A stretch of DNA of 64,000 nucleotides. Source: Protoeuglena noctilucae (Eukaryota). The position numbers and the translations under genes are program-made. The DNA lies in assembly GCA_958009085.1 (NCBI GenBank), contig OY253674.1, positions 248,001 to 312,000 on the forward strand. The letters are read 5' to 3'. Below are positions 12,201 through 24,958 of the stretch, in pieces; position 1 is the stretch's first letter; every line of letters begins with the position of its first letter. A model generated the notes under the pieces. The model did not search any database, had not been told where the DNA came from, and saw only the letters and a program-made list of their open reading frames with translations.

Positions 12201-14218
12201 GCGATGCAGTGACAAAAGCATGGCTTGCGAGGCTACCATCGCGCCAACCCCTCTCGCGACCTGCATAGCCCGCCACTCGCCTGTGGCTCTCCGGGAAGGC
12301 GAACTCGGTAAAACCCTGGCGATATCCAATCGGTCTTATCGACTTTTGCATCCAAAGCCGCCCCTACAGCGCCAGGATTCGATGCCCCGACCTGGGCAGC
12401 AGCACTCGCATCCGATGCGCTCAGCAGGTGCAGCTCCTTCACCGGCGACCCCGGTGCGTCCAAATAACTCGCGACTCCATCGCCGAGAATCAAGACCTGC
12501 CCCGGAGCCTCCCTGGCGCCCGCCACAACGTTTGCGAAGAGCCGCTCGCCCACGGCTCCGCTCGCCGGTCGCAGGAGGAGTATCGAGAAGCCCGGCAGGG
12601 ACTTCCCGACGGGCACGACGGTGTCGCTGGGCTGTTCTCGATCCAAAGGGCGGTCGTGCCTCGCTGCATGCGCGATGCGGTGTGCCGCACAATCCGCTGT
12701 CCCCTCCGCGCACCCGTAAACGTTCCACAGCTCCGTGCGGTCGCCGCAGAGGCTCGCGAAACGCCGTGCAACGTCCGTCGTAAGCAGGTCGCCCGAGCAG
12801 ACCACCTGCCGCAGCCCGGAGAGCGGGGGCGGCGACCCAGGTGAGGCGAGGGCAGTGCTGAGGGCAGACTGCGAGTCAGAACGGTGGCACAAGCGTGGGT
12901 GAGAGCGGTGCTGTGTTGAGGATTGCAAGAGGTGCGTGCGTGCGCGAGTCAACAGCGAGGGCAGCCTGCGATACGGGTGCACACTGAAGCCCACAAGACA
13001 GGCAATCCAGCACGCCTCGCGCCTCACCAGGTGCCACGGGACCAGTGTGGCGTGAGTGACGCTGTGGGCCACGAGGCACGCCGCAGTGGCGAGCGGGTCA
13101 GCGACAGCCCTGCCGCTCGTGTCGCAAAGAGCAACAGCGGATTGCCGGAGGAAGACAGGAGTGAGGATCTCTGCCAGGGAGTCGACGAAGCCCGGCGGCG
13201 TGCGGAGGAGACGCACGGGGGGGTCTGGCACGGCACCCTGCGATGAGATCGAGCGACACAGCATGTCATGGTCACATTCAGTAAGTAATGGCCCTCCCTG
13301 TACAATCTCAGTCAGTCACCTGGACGCAAGGGTCGATGGACGCGCCCCATCGGAGCCTTGCCAGGACGGCCTCCTCGGTAAGGCACACCGCTCGGGGGTG
13401 CCCTGTCGATCCTGACGTCAGGTACACGGCCACCGTGCCAGTGGGGGTGGTCCCAGCGATGCCGTCGCCAGTCCCGCCGACGCGCGCGTGCGCTCCGGTG
13501 CCATCTCTCCTCAACGTGGACTCGCTAGCGTCGTGGGTCATCGCAATCGATGGCTGGGATGAGTCGTGTCGCTCGTCCCAAGACAGCGCCGTCAGCCAGA
13601 GGGGCGGGAGGGCTGCCGCAATGGGCACGGTGCGGCTGGCCAGCAGCCTCCTGGGCGCGGTGCCGGGGCTGCTATCGAAATTGGCGACGAGACAGGACGG
13701 CAGGCCAGGTGCAGCGGGGGCGCTCGGGCGTGCGTCCAAATGAACGACCGCCACTGGCCGAGTCCGCCGCAGTGCCCAGGCCTGGCGCTCGGGCGGCCAC
13801 GCGGGGTCGATGGGGACGAGGACCGCGGGGGCGGCGAGCACTCCTAGGACCGCGGCGACGAGGGCGACGCTCGGACCCAAGTGCACCGCGACAGCCACGC
13901 GAGAGGACAGATCTCGCGGCGTCGACAGGGCTGCGATGGCGGCGCCGAGCGCCTCCGCGGCTTGCAACAGTTCCTCGCGCGTCGCTCCGGGAGCCGGAGG
14001 GCGTAGGGCGGAGCCATCGCCGCCGGCATGGCACACGGGGCACGTCCTGCCGGTACAGTCCTCGAATCGCGCCGATCCTTCCGGGGAGCGGCGCCTCTTC
14101 CGCCGCGACGAGGTCGCATGGCTCACATCCAATGAGGGAGCGCAGGCAGGCGATGAGTAAGCATCGCAGCCCCTCGCAATGGCATCAAATAACTGGGCGA
14201 CCCCCCTGTCCGGCACCA
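9214..14218 (-). CDS. AASDH: AASDH/ACSF4 (plant AAE19)-like protein: adenylation domain, phosphopantetheine carrier and PQQ-like beta-propeller
   Basis: YLTSGSTGHPRAV, LWNVYGCAE, YVTGDLG, GRCDDVIKVRG and LPVGPSGKVDR; carrier motif DLFSAGADS; WRVPLRDCVDTTP and further propeller repeats. Start codon uncertain. Confidence 0.85.
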
Positions 14219-14568
14219 TCGAGCAGGTTCGGCTCACCGCATGACCGTCCTCGCGTCAAGCTGTGGGGACTGATGCGGCTGGGGGTGAGCAGTGGGTTGA
14301 AAAGGCAGGGCTGGGCTCTGACGGGCAGAGACTTGCGTTTCCCCCTCCTTCATTAACTCGCTTCGTCACCATCCGCCCGGCATTCGCGCAGACAGGGATG
14401 AGGGGCGATTGTACAAACTAGTAGAGTGACAAAGGGAGCCAACGAAGCTGCGATCCAGGCCCCAGCGGGACCCCCCGGGAGTGCCGAGGACATCCGCGAC
14501 TCCTTGTAGCCGTTTGGGCCCTTGAGTCGCGTGAGCCATTAGTACATCGACACCCGAGACGCTGCGCG

Positions 14569-17444
14569 ATGGACGTGGACGTCGAGGCGGATCAGGGGCC
14601 GGGGTTCGACCTCGAGGCGTACATTGCGCCGTACAAGGGCCACGCGAAGATCAACCGGCTCCTGTACATCGCGGAGCAATGCAAGTGAGGATACGGGATG
14701 CATCGCAGCGCAGACGACGCGCGTTGCCGCGGAAGCGTCGCTGCTGCGCATCGCCTCGGCAACTGTTGCAGCGTGCTCGCGATCCCGCGCGGTCCGCCGG
14801 CCTTCGGGCATCTGGTCGTTCGATCTGGACACGTGCAATCCATTCTCCTCCGCCACGGGCTCGCTCGCAGGGGCCAGGGTCTGGAAGTGGAGGCGGGCCG
14901 GTTGGCGGTGCAGGCCTTGCAGCAACAGGAGGCCGTCGAGCTCTATCGGTCCGTCCTGACGCCAGAAACGTCGCCGTTCAGCGAAGAGACGCTGCGAGCG
15001 CTGGGGCCCATCGACACGGCGTGGGCAAGCGCTACGCACAAGCGGATGGTGGAGTTGGAGCACCGCTTGCAAGGCAAACTGCGGCAGGTGAGGCGCACAG
15101 TTGGGTTGGGAAATGGCATGACATCGCACACTAGCTGGGGAGCGACCTTGGCTTGGGCCAGATGGGGCAAGCAAGCTACAGCGCGTTCACCGCCCCTGGC
15201 AACGCGCACGCAGGACCAGACAAACATGATTAAGGAGTCGATTCGAATGGGCCACAACGCCGTGGGGGACTACTACTACGCGCAGATGACTCAGCAAGCG
15301 CTGCAGGTGGGGACAGGGGCGTGTGCTTGCTGTTGCTGTCCTGGTGGAGTGGCTCGGGACCCCGCTCTTCCCACTCACCCTGACCTCTGCGCTTGCAGGA
15401 GGCGTTCAAGAGCTATTCGCGTGCGCGGGACTACTGCAGCAGCAATCGCCACATGATCGCGACGTGCCTGCACATCTGTCAGGTGGCCGCCGAGATGGGC
15501 CAGTGGGCCCTGATGCTGACATACGCGCGCAAGGCCCTCGACACTCCACAGAACGAGGAGCCAGTCACGCAGGTGATGCACATGCGCTGGAGGGTTGTAC
15601 CTGTCACTGGGAATGAGACGGGTGGGTGCAGCTAGGATGCGCGTTGTAGAACGTGGCACCGCGTGGATGGCAATGCATTTCACTGACCACGGCACACGAG
15701 ACGACAGCAGTTTCTCATGTGTTGCGTCGTGTCGCTCGTCGCTGCAGGCGAAGCTCCGGGCGGCGGAGGGGCTGGCACTGCTGCGCCTGCGGAGGTTCCC
15801 AGAGGCGGGGACCGCCTTCACGTCCGTCGCAGCACAGCTCGAGAACCACTGGAGCGACGTGGTCGCGAGCCAGGTGACGGAAGACTCACGATGCGTGTGC
15901 ATGCCGATGCTGAGGGCGCTTGTTGACTCCCTGCACGAGGGTTTGGTGCGGCAGGGTTGCAGCTTGCTGTTCGGGGCTGTTGCACCGCCGGGCAGTGCAT
16001 GGTGGTATGAAAGAGCGCATCTGCGCATCTGTCGTCATCGATGCTTACTTTGTCTGCCAGCTCTTGTCCGCAGGACGTGGCCGTGTATGGCGCACTGTGC
16101 GCGCTGGCGACCTTCCCACGCCCGACGCTGGTCGAGCGCGTCTCGCAATCGGTGGATTTCCGGGAAATGCTCGAGCTCGTGCCGGACATCCGCGAGGCCG
16201 TCGAGTGCTACCTGCTCTCCAGGTGACGGGCGGGCGGGTATGACCACACCGTGTCGACGTTCCCTGCGGCTGGAATGGCGCAGTCACGCGTCCAGACCAT
16301 GCTAGGCACGCTACGTTAATGACATTTTTCCTTTGCAAAACTTGCCGCGCTCACGACATCGCGTGTCGCTCCGCAGCTACGCCCGGTGCCTGGCGCTGCT
16401 GGAGCGATGCCGCCCGTGGCTGCGGATGGACATGCACCTCCACGGCGTGGCAGACGAGCTCCTGTCGCTGGTCCGAGCCAGGGCCTTGGTCGATTACGTG
16501 ACGCCTTTCGAAAAGGGTGAGTGGCTGTCCGGCTCTGTGAGCACATTCAGGCCGGTAGTGCCCTAACCGTCACTTGATGCCAGCTCCAGGCTGCCCAACG
16601 CCTGAGATACGTTGATCCAAACCGTAACCCTGATCCATGCCAGCCGTGTGCATGCTGCCCATGCTGTGCTGTCGTATGTTTGTACTGCAGTGGACCTTGT
16701 CAAGATGGCGGCCGCGTTTGACCTTTCTGTCGGAGACTTGGAGGCCGAGCTGGCCTCGCTGATCGGGAGGAATATGATCAAGGCGCGAATCGACGCCCAC
16801 AACAAGGCAAGAATCATTTGCATGCGCTTGCGGTGTGTGTGCAGTCGTGGGTTGTGCACGCACACCACGCATGTACGCTCGCAGCTGGACAATGTGATTC
16901 TTACTAACATCTACGCATCGTTACCTTTCCTCATTTCACATCATCTCATCTACTGCACCTGTCTACTTGGACCCTCGCAGGTGCTGGTGGCCTCGCGGCC
17001 CAACCCTCGCATGGAGGCGCTCTCCAAGGTCAAGCTCGCCGGGGATCACATGGTCCGGACCATGCAGACCGCCGTCTTGCGCTCCTCCCTGATCTCTAAC
17101 GGCGTGTGCTTCAAGTGCGTTGATAGCGCCCCAATGCGCGAAAGCGCCGTGAAGCCATCTGTTATGCCCTGACCATGTGACCTTCATCCCAACGTGCGAG
17201 GCCTTACTCTGACGTGTATGGTCGCCTCGTTGCCCCCTGCAGGCGCGGGGGTGGCCAGGTGGGGGCGTCATTGCGGCCGAGGGGGCCCAGGGGTCGCGGT
17301 GGTCCGGGCGGAGTGGTGGAGGCGCACGAGGGAGGGTCGGAGAGCGGGGAGGATGGGGACGGAGAGGATGGGCAGGGACCGGGGTTGCTCGAGGAGGGCT
17401 TTATGGGCGGAGATGGTGGGGACGTCGGGGCAGCCATGGAGTGA
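14569..17444 (+). CDS. CSN1: COP9 signalosome subunit 1 (PCI domain)
   Basis: FDLEAYIAPYKGHAKINRLLYIA, TNMIKESIRMGHN, YSRARDYC, DVAVYGALCALATF, IKARIDAHNK; final exon 17242-17444 is Gly/acidic. Confidence 0.92.
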
Positions 17445-17835
17445 CGGGTGTGCTGTTTGTGTGGGGTGAGGCGACTCGCAACTCATTCCTGTTTGTATGG
17501 CATTACGCTTGCGCAAGGGTGGCGATGGAAGAGAGACTGGTATCAAGGCTTTGCGGACCTGTTTGAGACCTTTGGCCATTTGGCGGGTGTGAGGAACAAA
17601 GCACTGCGCGTGCTGGCATGACTTGGTTTAAAGCACCCCGGGGTTTCGACACACAGCAGGCCGCATCTGAAGCAGGTCGCTGTCGCTACGCTGCTTGCTA
17701 AGCGAACCCTGCCACAGCTGCCGCTGGAATGGCCCCAGGCTCGGTCCTGAAGCAAGCGACGAGCGACGAGCGCGCCAAGCACAAAACGAGATGCGAGTCA
17801 CGGACAAGGGTCGGCCTCGGCCTCCCCATCGACGC

Positions 17836-20399
17836 TCAGAGGTTAATGTCCATCTTGACGTCCATCTCGACCTTGGCAGGGCGCACGCAAAGCACGACCT
17901 TGGCCACCGCGCCCTCCCCGCCCTCCTGCCCCGACCAGTACATCTCCAGCGTGCGCCCCTGTCCCGCACGCACCCACGTGGCCCCGCCCTCGGGTGCCTT
18001 GCCAGAAACGTCGCGGTCCAGCAGGATGAGCGCCGGGCCGGTCCTGCGCATGGCAGGTGGGCCAGATGACATGGGGTTGGGGCTCAGCAACAGTCTTCAA
18101 ACCAGAGCATCATGCAGCCTTCATCTTTGTTTCTCCGTTCCTGGTGATGGTGTGGCGTTTCGCTGATCTCACCTGATCTTCTTCTTCTCTTCGTCGTTGT
18201 TCGCACGGCTGGGGAGCAGGGCTGGGATGGTGGCGCAGTCCTCCACCAGCAGGCACACGGGGCGGCGCGACATGGCCACCGCGCGCCAGGACGGCAGCGT
18301 CACCCACTGACCTGCAAAGCACGTCAAAAAGAGCCACTGTTTATACTCTGTATTTCCTGCTTGCTAAGCTGCTTGTCACCCGATATGCCACATCGATGTC
18401 GCACACTCTGCACCCCCCCCTCGGCATCATGCACCCCACAGCTGGCACGCACACGAGCCCCAGCCACTTACCCGCATCGGCAGAGAAGACCCCGAAGGTC
18501 CCCGAGGGCGCCGCGTGGCCGGCGTTGAGTACGTCGTCCGCGGTGGCGTCGCCCCAGGCACCGGCGACGGCGACGGGGCGTGCGGGGAGCTCCGTTTGCG
18601 ACAGCCGCGTGAACTCGACCTCGGCCCGCATGGCCATCGGCAGGCCGGCGTTGCGCTCGCTGACCTCCACGCCAAGGCTGGCCGCCTGCAGCGCTGCTTC
18701 GGGGGCGTCCAGGACCTCCTTCACCTTCGCCTTGGCTTTCTCGGAAGACGCCGTCTGCAAGGGATGACCGAAGTCGGCAAGTGAAGAAGGAGAGGGTATG
18801 CTGGAAGGGCGCCACATGACCAGGTGTGTCATGGTCTGCTCTGACCACCAATGAAGACTGACCTGGTATGCCTTCTCTGCCAGTCGCCGGACGTCCTCCA
18901 CCTTGCGGCACTCCAGGGCGTCCCTACAGCACGAAAGGGACAGGTGCGTTCCATTCTCGCGGGTCGCAGGCGCAGCGAGACCTGTGCCCGTGCTACAAGC
19001 ATCGTCACCCCTCACCTCCAGTACTTGAAAGCCAGGCAATCGGCAGGGTCGGCCGTGAACGACTCCCACCCGTCGCGCTTGCGTTCCCACTCCTTGATGG
19101 CCCGTGCCAACACGGTTGACATGTCGGCCTCAAAGCCCCGCTGGACGATGTAGCGCGCGGTGGGCGGGCGGGACTCAATGCTGTTGTAGCGCATCTCCAG
19201 CAGGCAGCCCGACCGATCAGGGTGGTCGAAGTAAGCCATCTCCTCCGGTGTCAGCACGTCTGCGGGTGGCACCGCACACAGCACGATGACGGTCCCTGCG
19301 GAGCGCTTGCTGCCGGCCACAAGCGAGCGTAGCTGCTGTTAATTTGACTGTAGAGATGGAATTACAAGACAAACTGCGCTCCGCGCTCACTGGCGGTCTT
19401 GAGAGTCCGATAAATCTCCCCAGCGACGATCCAGTCGCTTTGCGTGCGCCGGTCCAGACCCGTCATCTCCTCGATGATCACGCTATCGTACCCGCGAGCG
19501 TTTAGGGTGCGGAGCATGCCGAAAAGCTCGTGCCATTTGCCTCCCATGGCCTGCAGAGGGCGAGCGACCGCAGCTGAGTGCTTGTATCACATGCGCCCGC
19601 ATCTCCGGCACGACATCCGCACGGCGGCGTGAGACACAAGGCGAGGAGACGCGAGTGCGCCGTTCCGTGTCATCCCGCTCAGCAGAAGGCGCTGAGCGAG
19701 ACCAAATCAACAAGTGTTGCAGCTCGCCTGGATCCGCTGAAGCATCTGCTCGGGCTCCAGGTCCAAGTAACCCTCATCCATCTTCCCGTCCGTGAAGAAA
19801 CCGCTAGGGGGCCTGCGCGGGAGGCGAGGCGCGGCCAGGCGTCAGCTTAGTGAGGCTCCGTCGCGCTGCCGTGCTGACTTTCCGGTGGCTCACTCACCGG
19901 AAGGGGTTCGCCGGGCCTGTGCGCTTGGCTTCGCTCTCATCGACTCCAATGACCCCCATCTGCCGGGACAGCGTGCTCGGCGCCGCGGGCTTCTGTCCCG
20001 GAGTTATGAGCCGGGCGTTGCCAGGTGCCCCGCCCTGTTGATTCTGCCCCGGCATGATCAAGCCACCCCCTCCGGGCATGCTCGGGCCCCTGCCCGGTGC
20101 CGAACCCCTCCCGGGCGCGCCGCGCGAGAAGGGCGGACCGCCTGCAGAAGGCGGCAGCAAACACAAGGGTCGTGGTGGCTGTGGACTCGGAGCCGTCGCG
20201 ACGGGCCACCCCAGGAATACTCCTCGAATATGCAGGTCAGCGAGGCCGCCATCTACAGCCGGCGCCCCGCGGAAAAAGGCGGCAGACTGGATGTGATGCG
20301 GCGGAGCGCACCCGAGCGAGCCACCACTTGCAGGCGCCCCCGTCCTCGCTCCGCAGACGCTGGAACCCTTTGCAGGGACATGCTGAGCTGCTTCACCAT
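17836..20399 (-). CDS. RAF1: Rubisco accumulation factor 1
   Basis: Transit-peptide-like N-terminus; NPFRPP; GKWHELFGMLRTLNARGYDSVIIEEMTGLDRRTQSDWIVAGEIYRTL; GWESFTADPADCLAFKYWR; C-terminal KVVLCVRP. Confidence 0.85.
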
Positions 20400-20674
20400 G
20401 TCGCGATCGGCGGAGACTCGGCTGTAAGGCAAATGCGGTGTGCAAAGCCAGGATGGCAAGGCAGGACCGAAAGACGATCGGTTTGATTGCGCTGCCGCCA
20501 GCTGCGAGTCGTCAGCGTGCTGAGAGGAGCTCGACAGGCACAGAAGACTCGTGGGAAATGAAACTGACGGCGTCAGAGCCAGATTTTATCCTGAAAGGCT
20601 GCGAGCCACGCACATCATCCGCCACAGCGCTTGAAAGCGCCATCCTCCCCTCTCCCTGGTGCCAGTGTGTATCC

Positions 20675-23329
20675 ATGCCGCCCGGGGGAACGTTGCCGCT
20701 CGCGGATGGCGTCGCAGCAGCAACTCGATGCCGCACTGCGCCGCCTGCGCGACCTGGATGCTTGAGGCCGCCCACAGTGCGCCGTCGTCGACGAGACTTT
20801 GTGCGCGTGGTGGTGCGAGCCCAGGATGACGACGTGAGGCGGCTGGAGCGGCTCTTCCACGAGGTGTCGGGCGGCGAGGATGACACGAGTTGCCGGCACG
20901 AGTTGGTCGACGGGCAAACGGTTTTCCACAACCTTCCCTTGTGGCGCGTACAGTGGGCTGCTGCGCCAGGCATGGTTCAGGTCAGTACGGCACTGCCAAG
21001 TGCGCGCACTGGCCATCGCGATGCCCAGCGCCCTGCATCGCGTATGCAGCCTTCCATGCTCTTCGCGACCCTCTATGCTCTTCGCTGTCGCAGCTGGTGC
21101 ACGCGCATGTACCGCACTACGTCCACATGTTCCGGACGATGCTCGCCAAGCCCAAGCCCTGGCGATTTTGCCACCTCTATCTCCCGGGGGGCCCAAAGAA
21201 CCTCGATCTCGAAGAGTATGGCCTCGAACCCGGGTCCTCCTCGCCTCTCCTGGGGGTGCTGATGGAGGTGCGGGCGTTGCACCTGGTGGGACATGTCTCA
21301 TGCCCCACAGCACGCCGCATGAAGCGGGCCAAGTGTGTCGGTGCACGCAGGTCACGCGGGCCGTGGAAATGGCGGACGGGCGGCTGCTGGTCGTCGCGGT
21401 CGGCATCGCGCGCATCCGCGTCTGCGAGGCATCGACCAAGGCACGCTTGCAGCCAGGCACTTGCGCACAAGAGTGGCAGCATATCTGCTGAGCGCAGCTG
21501 CCAAACGACGTGCACGTGTGTCTTGCCTCGCAGGCGCCATTCCACCTGGCGAAGGAGGCGCGACTGGTGGTGGATGACGACGCAATGGCGGCGTTCGCAC
21601 CTCGGGCTGCGGAGCTTTTGATGGGCGCAGCGCGGGCCTATCCCCCCGGCACAGAGCCGCTGCCGCTGCAGGCGCTCGTCGGGGTGGCGCCTAGCGTGCA
21701 GCAGGCCATGCTGTGTGCGTCCATCCTGGGGTGGGCAGACTACGAGCTCGCGGTGCACCGGGTGGCGGCGCCAGGTGACAGAAAGTGTGTGGACCATCCA
21801 TCCAAGTCACGGCGGCGGGTTTGTCGTAATTGTGAGCAGCGTACACTTGCAGATGTATCCCCGCGCATTCCTTTATGCAGATAAGCTCGAGCTCAGCACC
21901 GAGTCTGACATGGAGACACTGGCGGCATTGGCGGTCGACAGCGGGGGCTTCTGCCCGCTGCCCTCCTTCTTCCTCCCGGGCCAAGGTGGCGAGCCCGCCC
22001 CTGGTCCGACGGGCCGACTCAGGTGGGTGCTTGAAAGGCCCCATTCTGTCGCCAAGCGACAAGCGAGCTGCTGCATGCCGTGCGGCAGGCTTCACGAGTG
22101 CTTCACAGGCTCATAGGTGTCAAAGCGTTCCCAATCTTGCAGGATGCTCAACATCACGGAGAGCGGGGAGGTGCAGGACCTGTCGACGTCCGGGATCGGG
22201 GGCGAGGGTTCGATCGCTGCGTGTTTCAGGGCAGGCGACGTCGCGCCCGCCGTGTCATTCCGGGTTGAGACGGCCGGGCGGGCGGCGGCGGAGGCTGCGG
22301 TGCGGTCGTTGCGCGCCACGGTGGGAGGGGACTGGTCGTGGCAGGTCGGCGAGTCTCGCCTGGGGTACGTGCCGAGGAGGTTCGGCCATCTCGGGGTGCC
22401 GGGCAGCGGAGGGTGGCCCTTCCGCATCAACTCGGTCATGGACCGGGGCCTGCGCGTTTCGTGGGGCGGGGGCGACACGGGCGCAGAGGGGGGCTCGTGG
22501 GCAGACCAGGTGCGACACTGCAAGCGCCTGGGATCTCTGATTATGGACATCAACCTGATGTCTGGTCTCGGTATTCATCGCGTTACTTGCAGATTCGATT
22601 TTCACCGCTATTGCTATTGCTATTGCTCTCGCAGGACGCGTGGGCGTTGCTGGGCGGCGTGCACTCTCTGAGGGGCGAGGAGCTCTTAACAGAAATCGTG
22701 AGGCTGGAGAAGCGCGTGTGGGACGAGCTGGATGCAGTGGTGAGCAGTCATTGCAGAGTCACAAGCAAGTGTGCAGAGGGCAGGGACCGGGTTGAGAGGT
22801 GGCTTGCCCGTGAAGTCACTTAGAAGGGCCAGTGCGATGGCCTGTCCACTCCATCCACTCCGCAGGTCCACTTGTCCCAAAAACTGTCTGACCGGGCGCC
22901 GTCATTGCCGAGCGGACTGGCGTGCCTGCGACCGCCGCCCGCTGAGGGGGAGGGCGCGACTGCGGCGGGGGCGGGGGCGGGGGCGGGGGCGGAGCGTGCT
23001 GAGAGGACAGATGGCACACAGCCGCAGGGCTGCGCGGACGCAGACTACCCCGCCCTCCGCCGCGCGCACCGGCTGTCGTTCGCCGTTCTGTCCGTCATGG
23101 CAGAGACGAGCCAAGACGAGGGACGGCAGGCGTGGCTCGAGACGAACGGGTGCGTGGCTGCTTGGGGCGACGCCAGCCATGCGTGGCTGAGCCTTGCGCA
23201 CAGCGGGGTGGCGACGGCCCTCTGTCCGCCCGCAGGTTGGCGGCACGCCTCGACTTGTCGGCGCGCCTGTTGGCCAAGCACCGGGGTGTCCTGGCGGCCC
23301 TCGCGGCCGTCAAGGGCGTGGGCGGCTAG
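20675..23329 (+). CDS. Lon N-terminal (substrate-binding) domain protein, probably plastid-targeted
   Basis: NLPLWRVQWAAAPG..HVPHYVHMF, GVLMEVTRAVEMADGRLLVVAVGIAR, DYPALRRAHRLSFAV, RQAWLETNGLAARL. Confidence 0.7.
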
Positions 23330-23792
23330 CCGGGCACAGGGAGCCGGGCGATGAGGCGGAACACGTCGATGGCGTGCTCCGAGTGCGGGTTGTGCTCGCC
23401 GGCCTGGCGCTGGAGCAGCTCGTACTCCCAAGTCGCTACCACCGACTCTCGCGGGACTGTCTGCGGTGGTAGATGGCGGGTTTGAGCAGGTGCTGGCTCA
23501 TGATGCGCTTCAGCCAGACATTTTGGAGCCGCACCTTCTGCAGGCCGTCGGGGTGCTGGATAAAAGCGCCGTCCCCTCCGTCTCGCACGAGTAGCTCAGC
23601 GACGAGGCCCGCGTCGCTCGCGTGACGCACGCAGTAGACCGATTCTTCCTCGTGTTGGTCTCTGACGGACACCACGTCCCACTCGACGAATGTGGGGATC
23701 GCCGGAGGCCGCGTCGCCCTGCAGAGGGCGGTACGCCCGCGCCCTCGCAATCCGGCAGGCGTGAAGCCTCGCGCGATCCCCCCCGCCGCCAT
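23326..23792 (-). CDS. Small conserved-looking hypothetical protein with NPHSEHA motif (2 exons), likely plastid-targeted
   Basis: Exons 23792-23535 and 23460-23326 joined by a 74-nt GT-AG intron; Arg/Ala-rich N-terminus; ends EHNPHSEHAIDVFRLIARLPVPG*. Confidence 0.7.
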
Positions 23793-24958
23793 CGCGCCCC
23801 ACACTGCCGGCAGCTGCCATAATGGCCACGGATTCTCGGGGATAGTCGCGATTCTGATGCCACGCCAGTTGCCAGAGCTTCGGATGTACGTGCTGGGCGC
23901 CTCCCGCGCGCTGAGCGGCAGATGGGTGGGTTCGCCACCGCGAAATCTCTTCGAAAGGCTCTCTGAAGGACGAGGAGCGTGCTCTCTCAAGCCGGTGAGC
24001 GCAGAGGACCGGCGAGAGCCCGAAGAGTCGCGCTCGCTGCGCGCGGGGCCCCCGCGATCACCTTATGCAGGACAATGTATTTAATGGTGCATCCCCGACA
24101 TGTCGATTTTCCGGCGCTCGCTTTGGAGTGGGCGTGCTCCCCCCTTGCCTTCGCGCCCGCGAGTTCTGGGCACGTCCCGTCGACATTCGGTTCGAAATGC
24201 ATGCGACCGTGGGCGGTGTGACACCCGACGCGACTCTGGGCCGGAAGGCCGGGCAGGGAGGGACTGCTGGGGGGGCTGCGCTGCCCGCGTCAACGCGCGC
24301 GAATTCGCGCCCCTCCCGCGCGGCTCCAGCGGTGTCCCGGGCACGCGCGCCGGGTCCGCCTACGGCAAAACCCCATTTTGCTTGGTTTGCGCCCGATTTC
24401 ACGGTCCCGGTCCCTGCTGCGGCCTGGTAATTGTGCTCTGCCGGCACGGGACATGGGCGGGGTGCCGGCATCGGCAGTTTGCGCCCGCCGCGAGATCGAG
24501 CTTTGGCTGCCTACCCAACCGCTGCTCCATACGGATGCGACGCTTGCTCTGGGAGGCGATGGCCACGGCGCCGGGCGTTTCCCACCTGCGTAGATTCGCC
24601 CGTCCACAGCGTGCGGACGGGCGCGCCGCCCGTTTCGCGCCAGCCGTCTCCCACCCGCGTCCGATTGGTATCCTGGCCTCCCGCACGCGCCATCGCCGTC
24701 GGCGCGGGGCGGCGAGCGCGGCGAGGGCCTCGCGGCCCACTGTGCGCTGACCTCCGCTCCCCCGCCGCCATTCGCAGACTAGATGCGCCCGATGAGCTCT
24801 ACACTTTCACTCCTTCCGGTGCCCCGGCGGGTAGAGTAACCCCGCCCTGGGAGTCGCAAGGCGGGCCTTCGTCGTCCGAGGCGGGGGCGCCGCGTGTTTG
24901 GGCCCCGGGGCTGCGGCCGGCCGGGCCGGCGCGGGGACCCAGTGCGGGTCTGCATAAA

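Noticed and set aside
9214..14218. NRPS or secondary-metabolite cluster
   Set aside because: The adenylation-carrier-PQQ architecture is the conserved eukaryotic AASDH/AAE19, and the neighbours are housekeeping genes.
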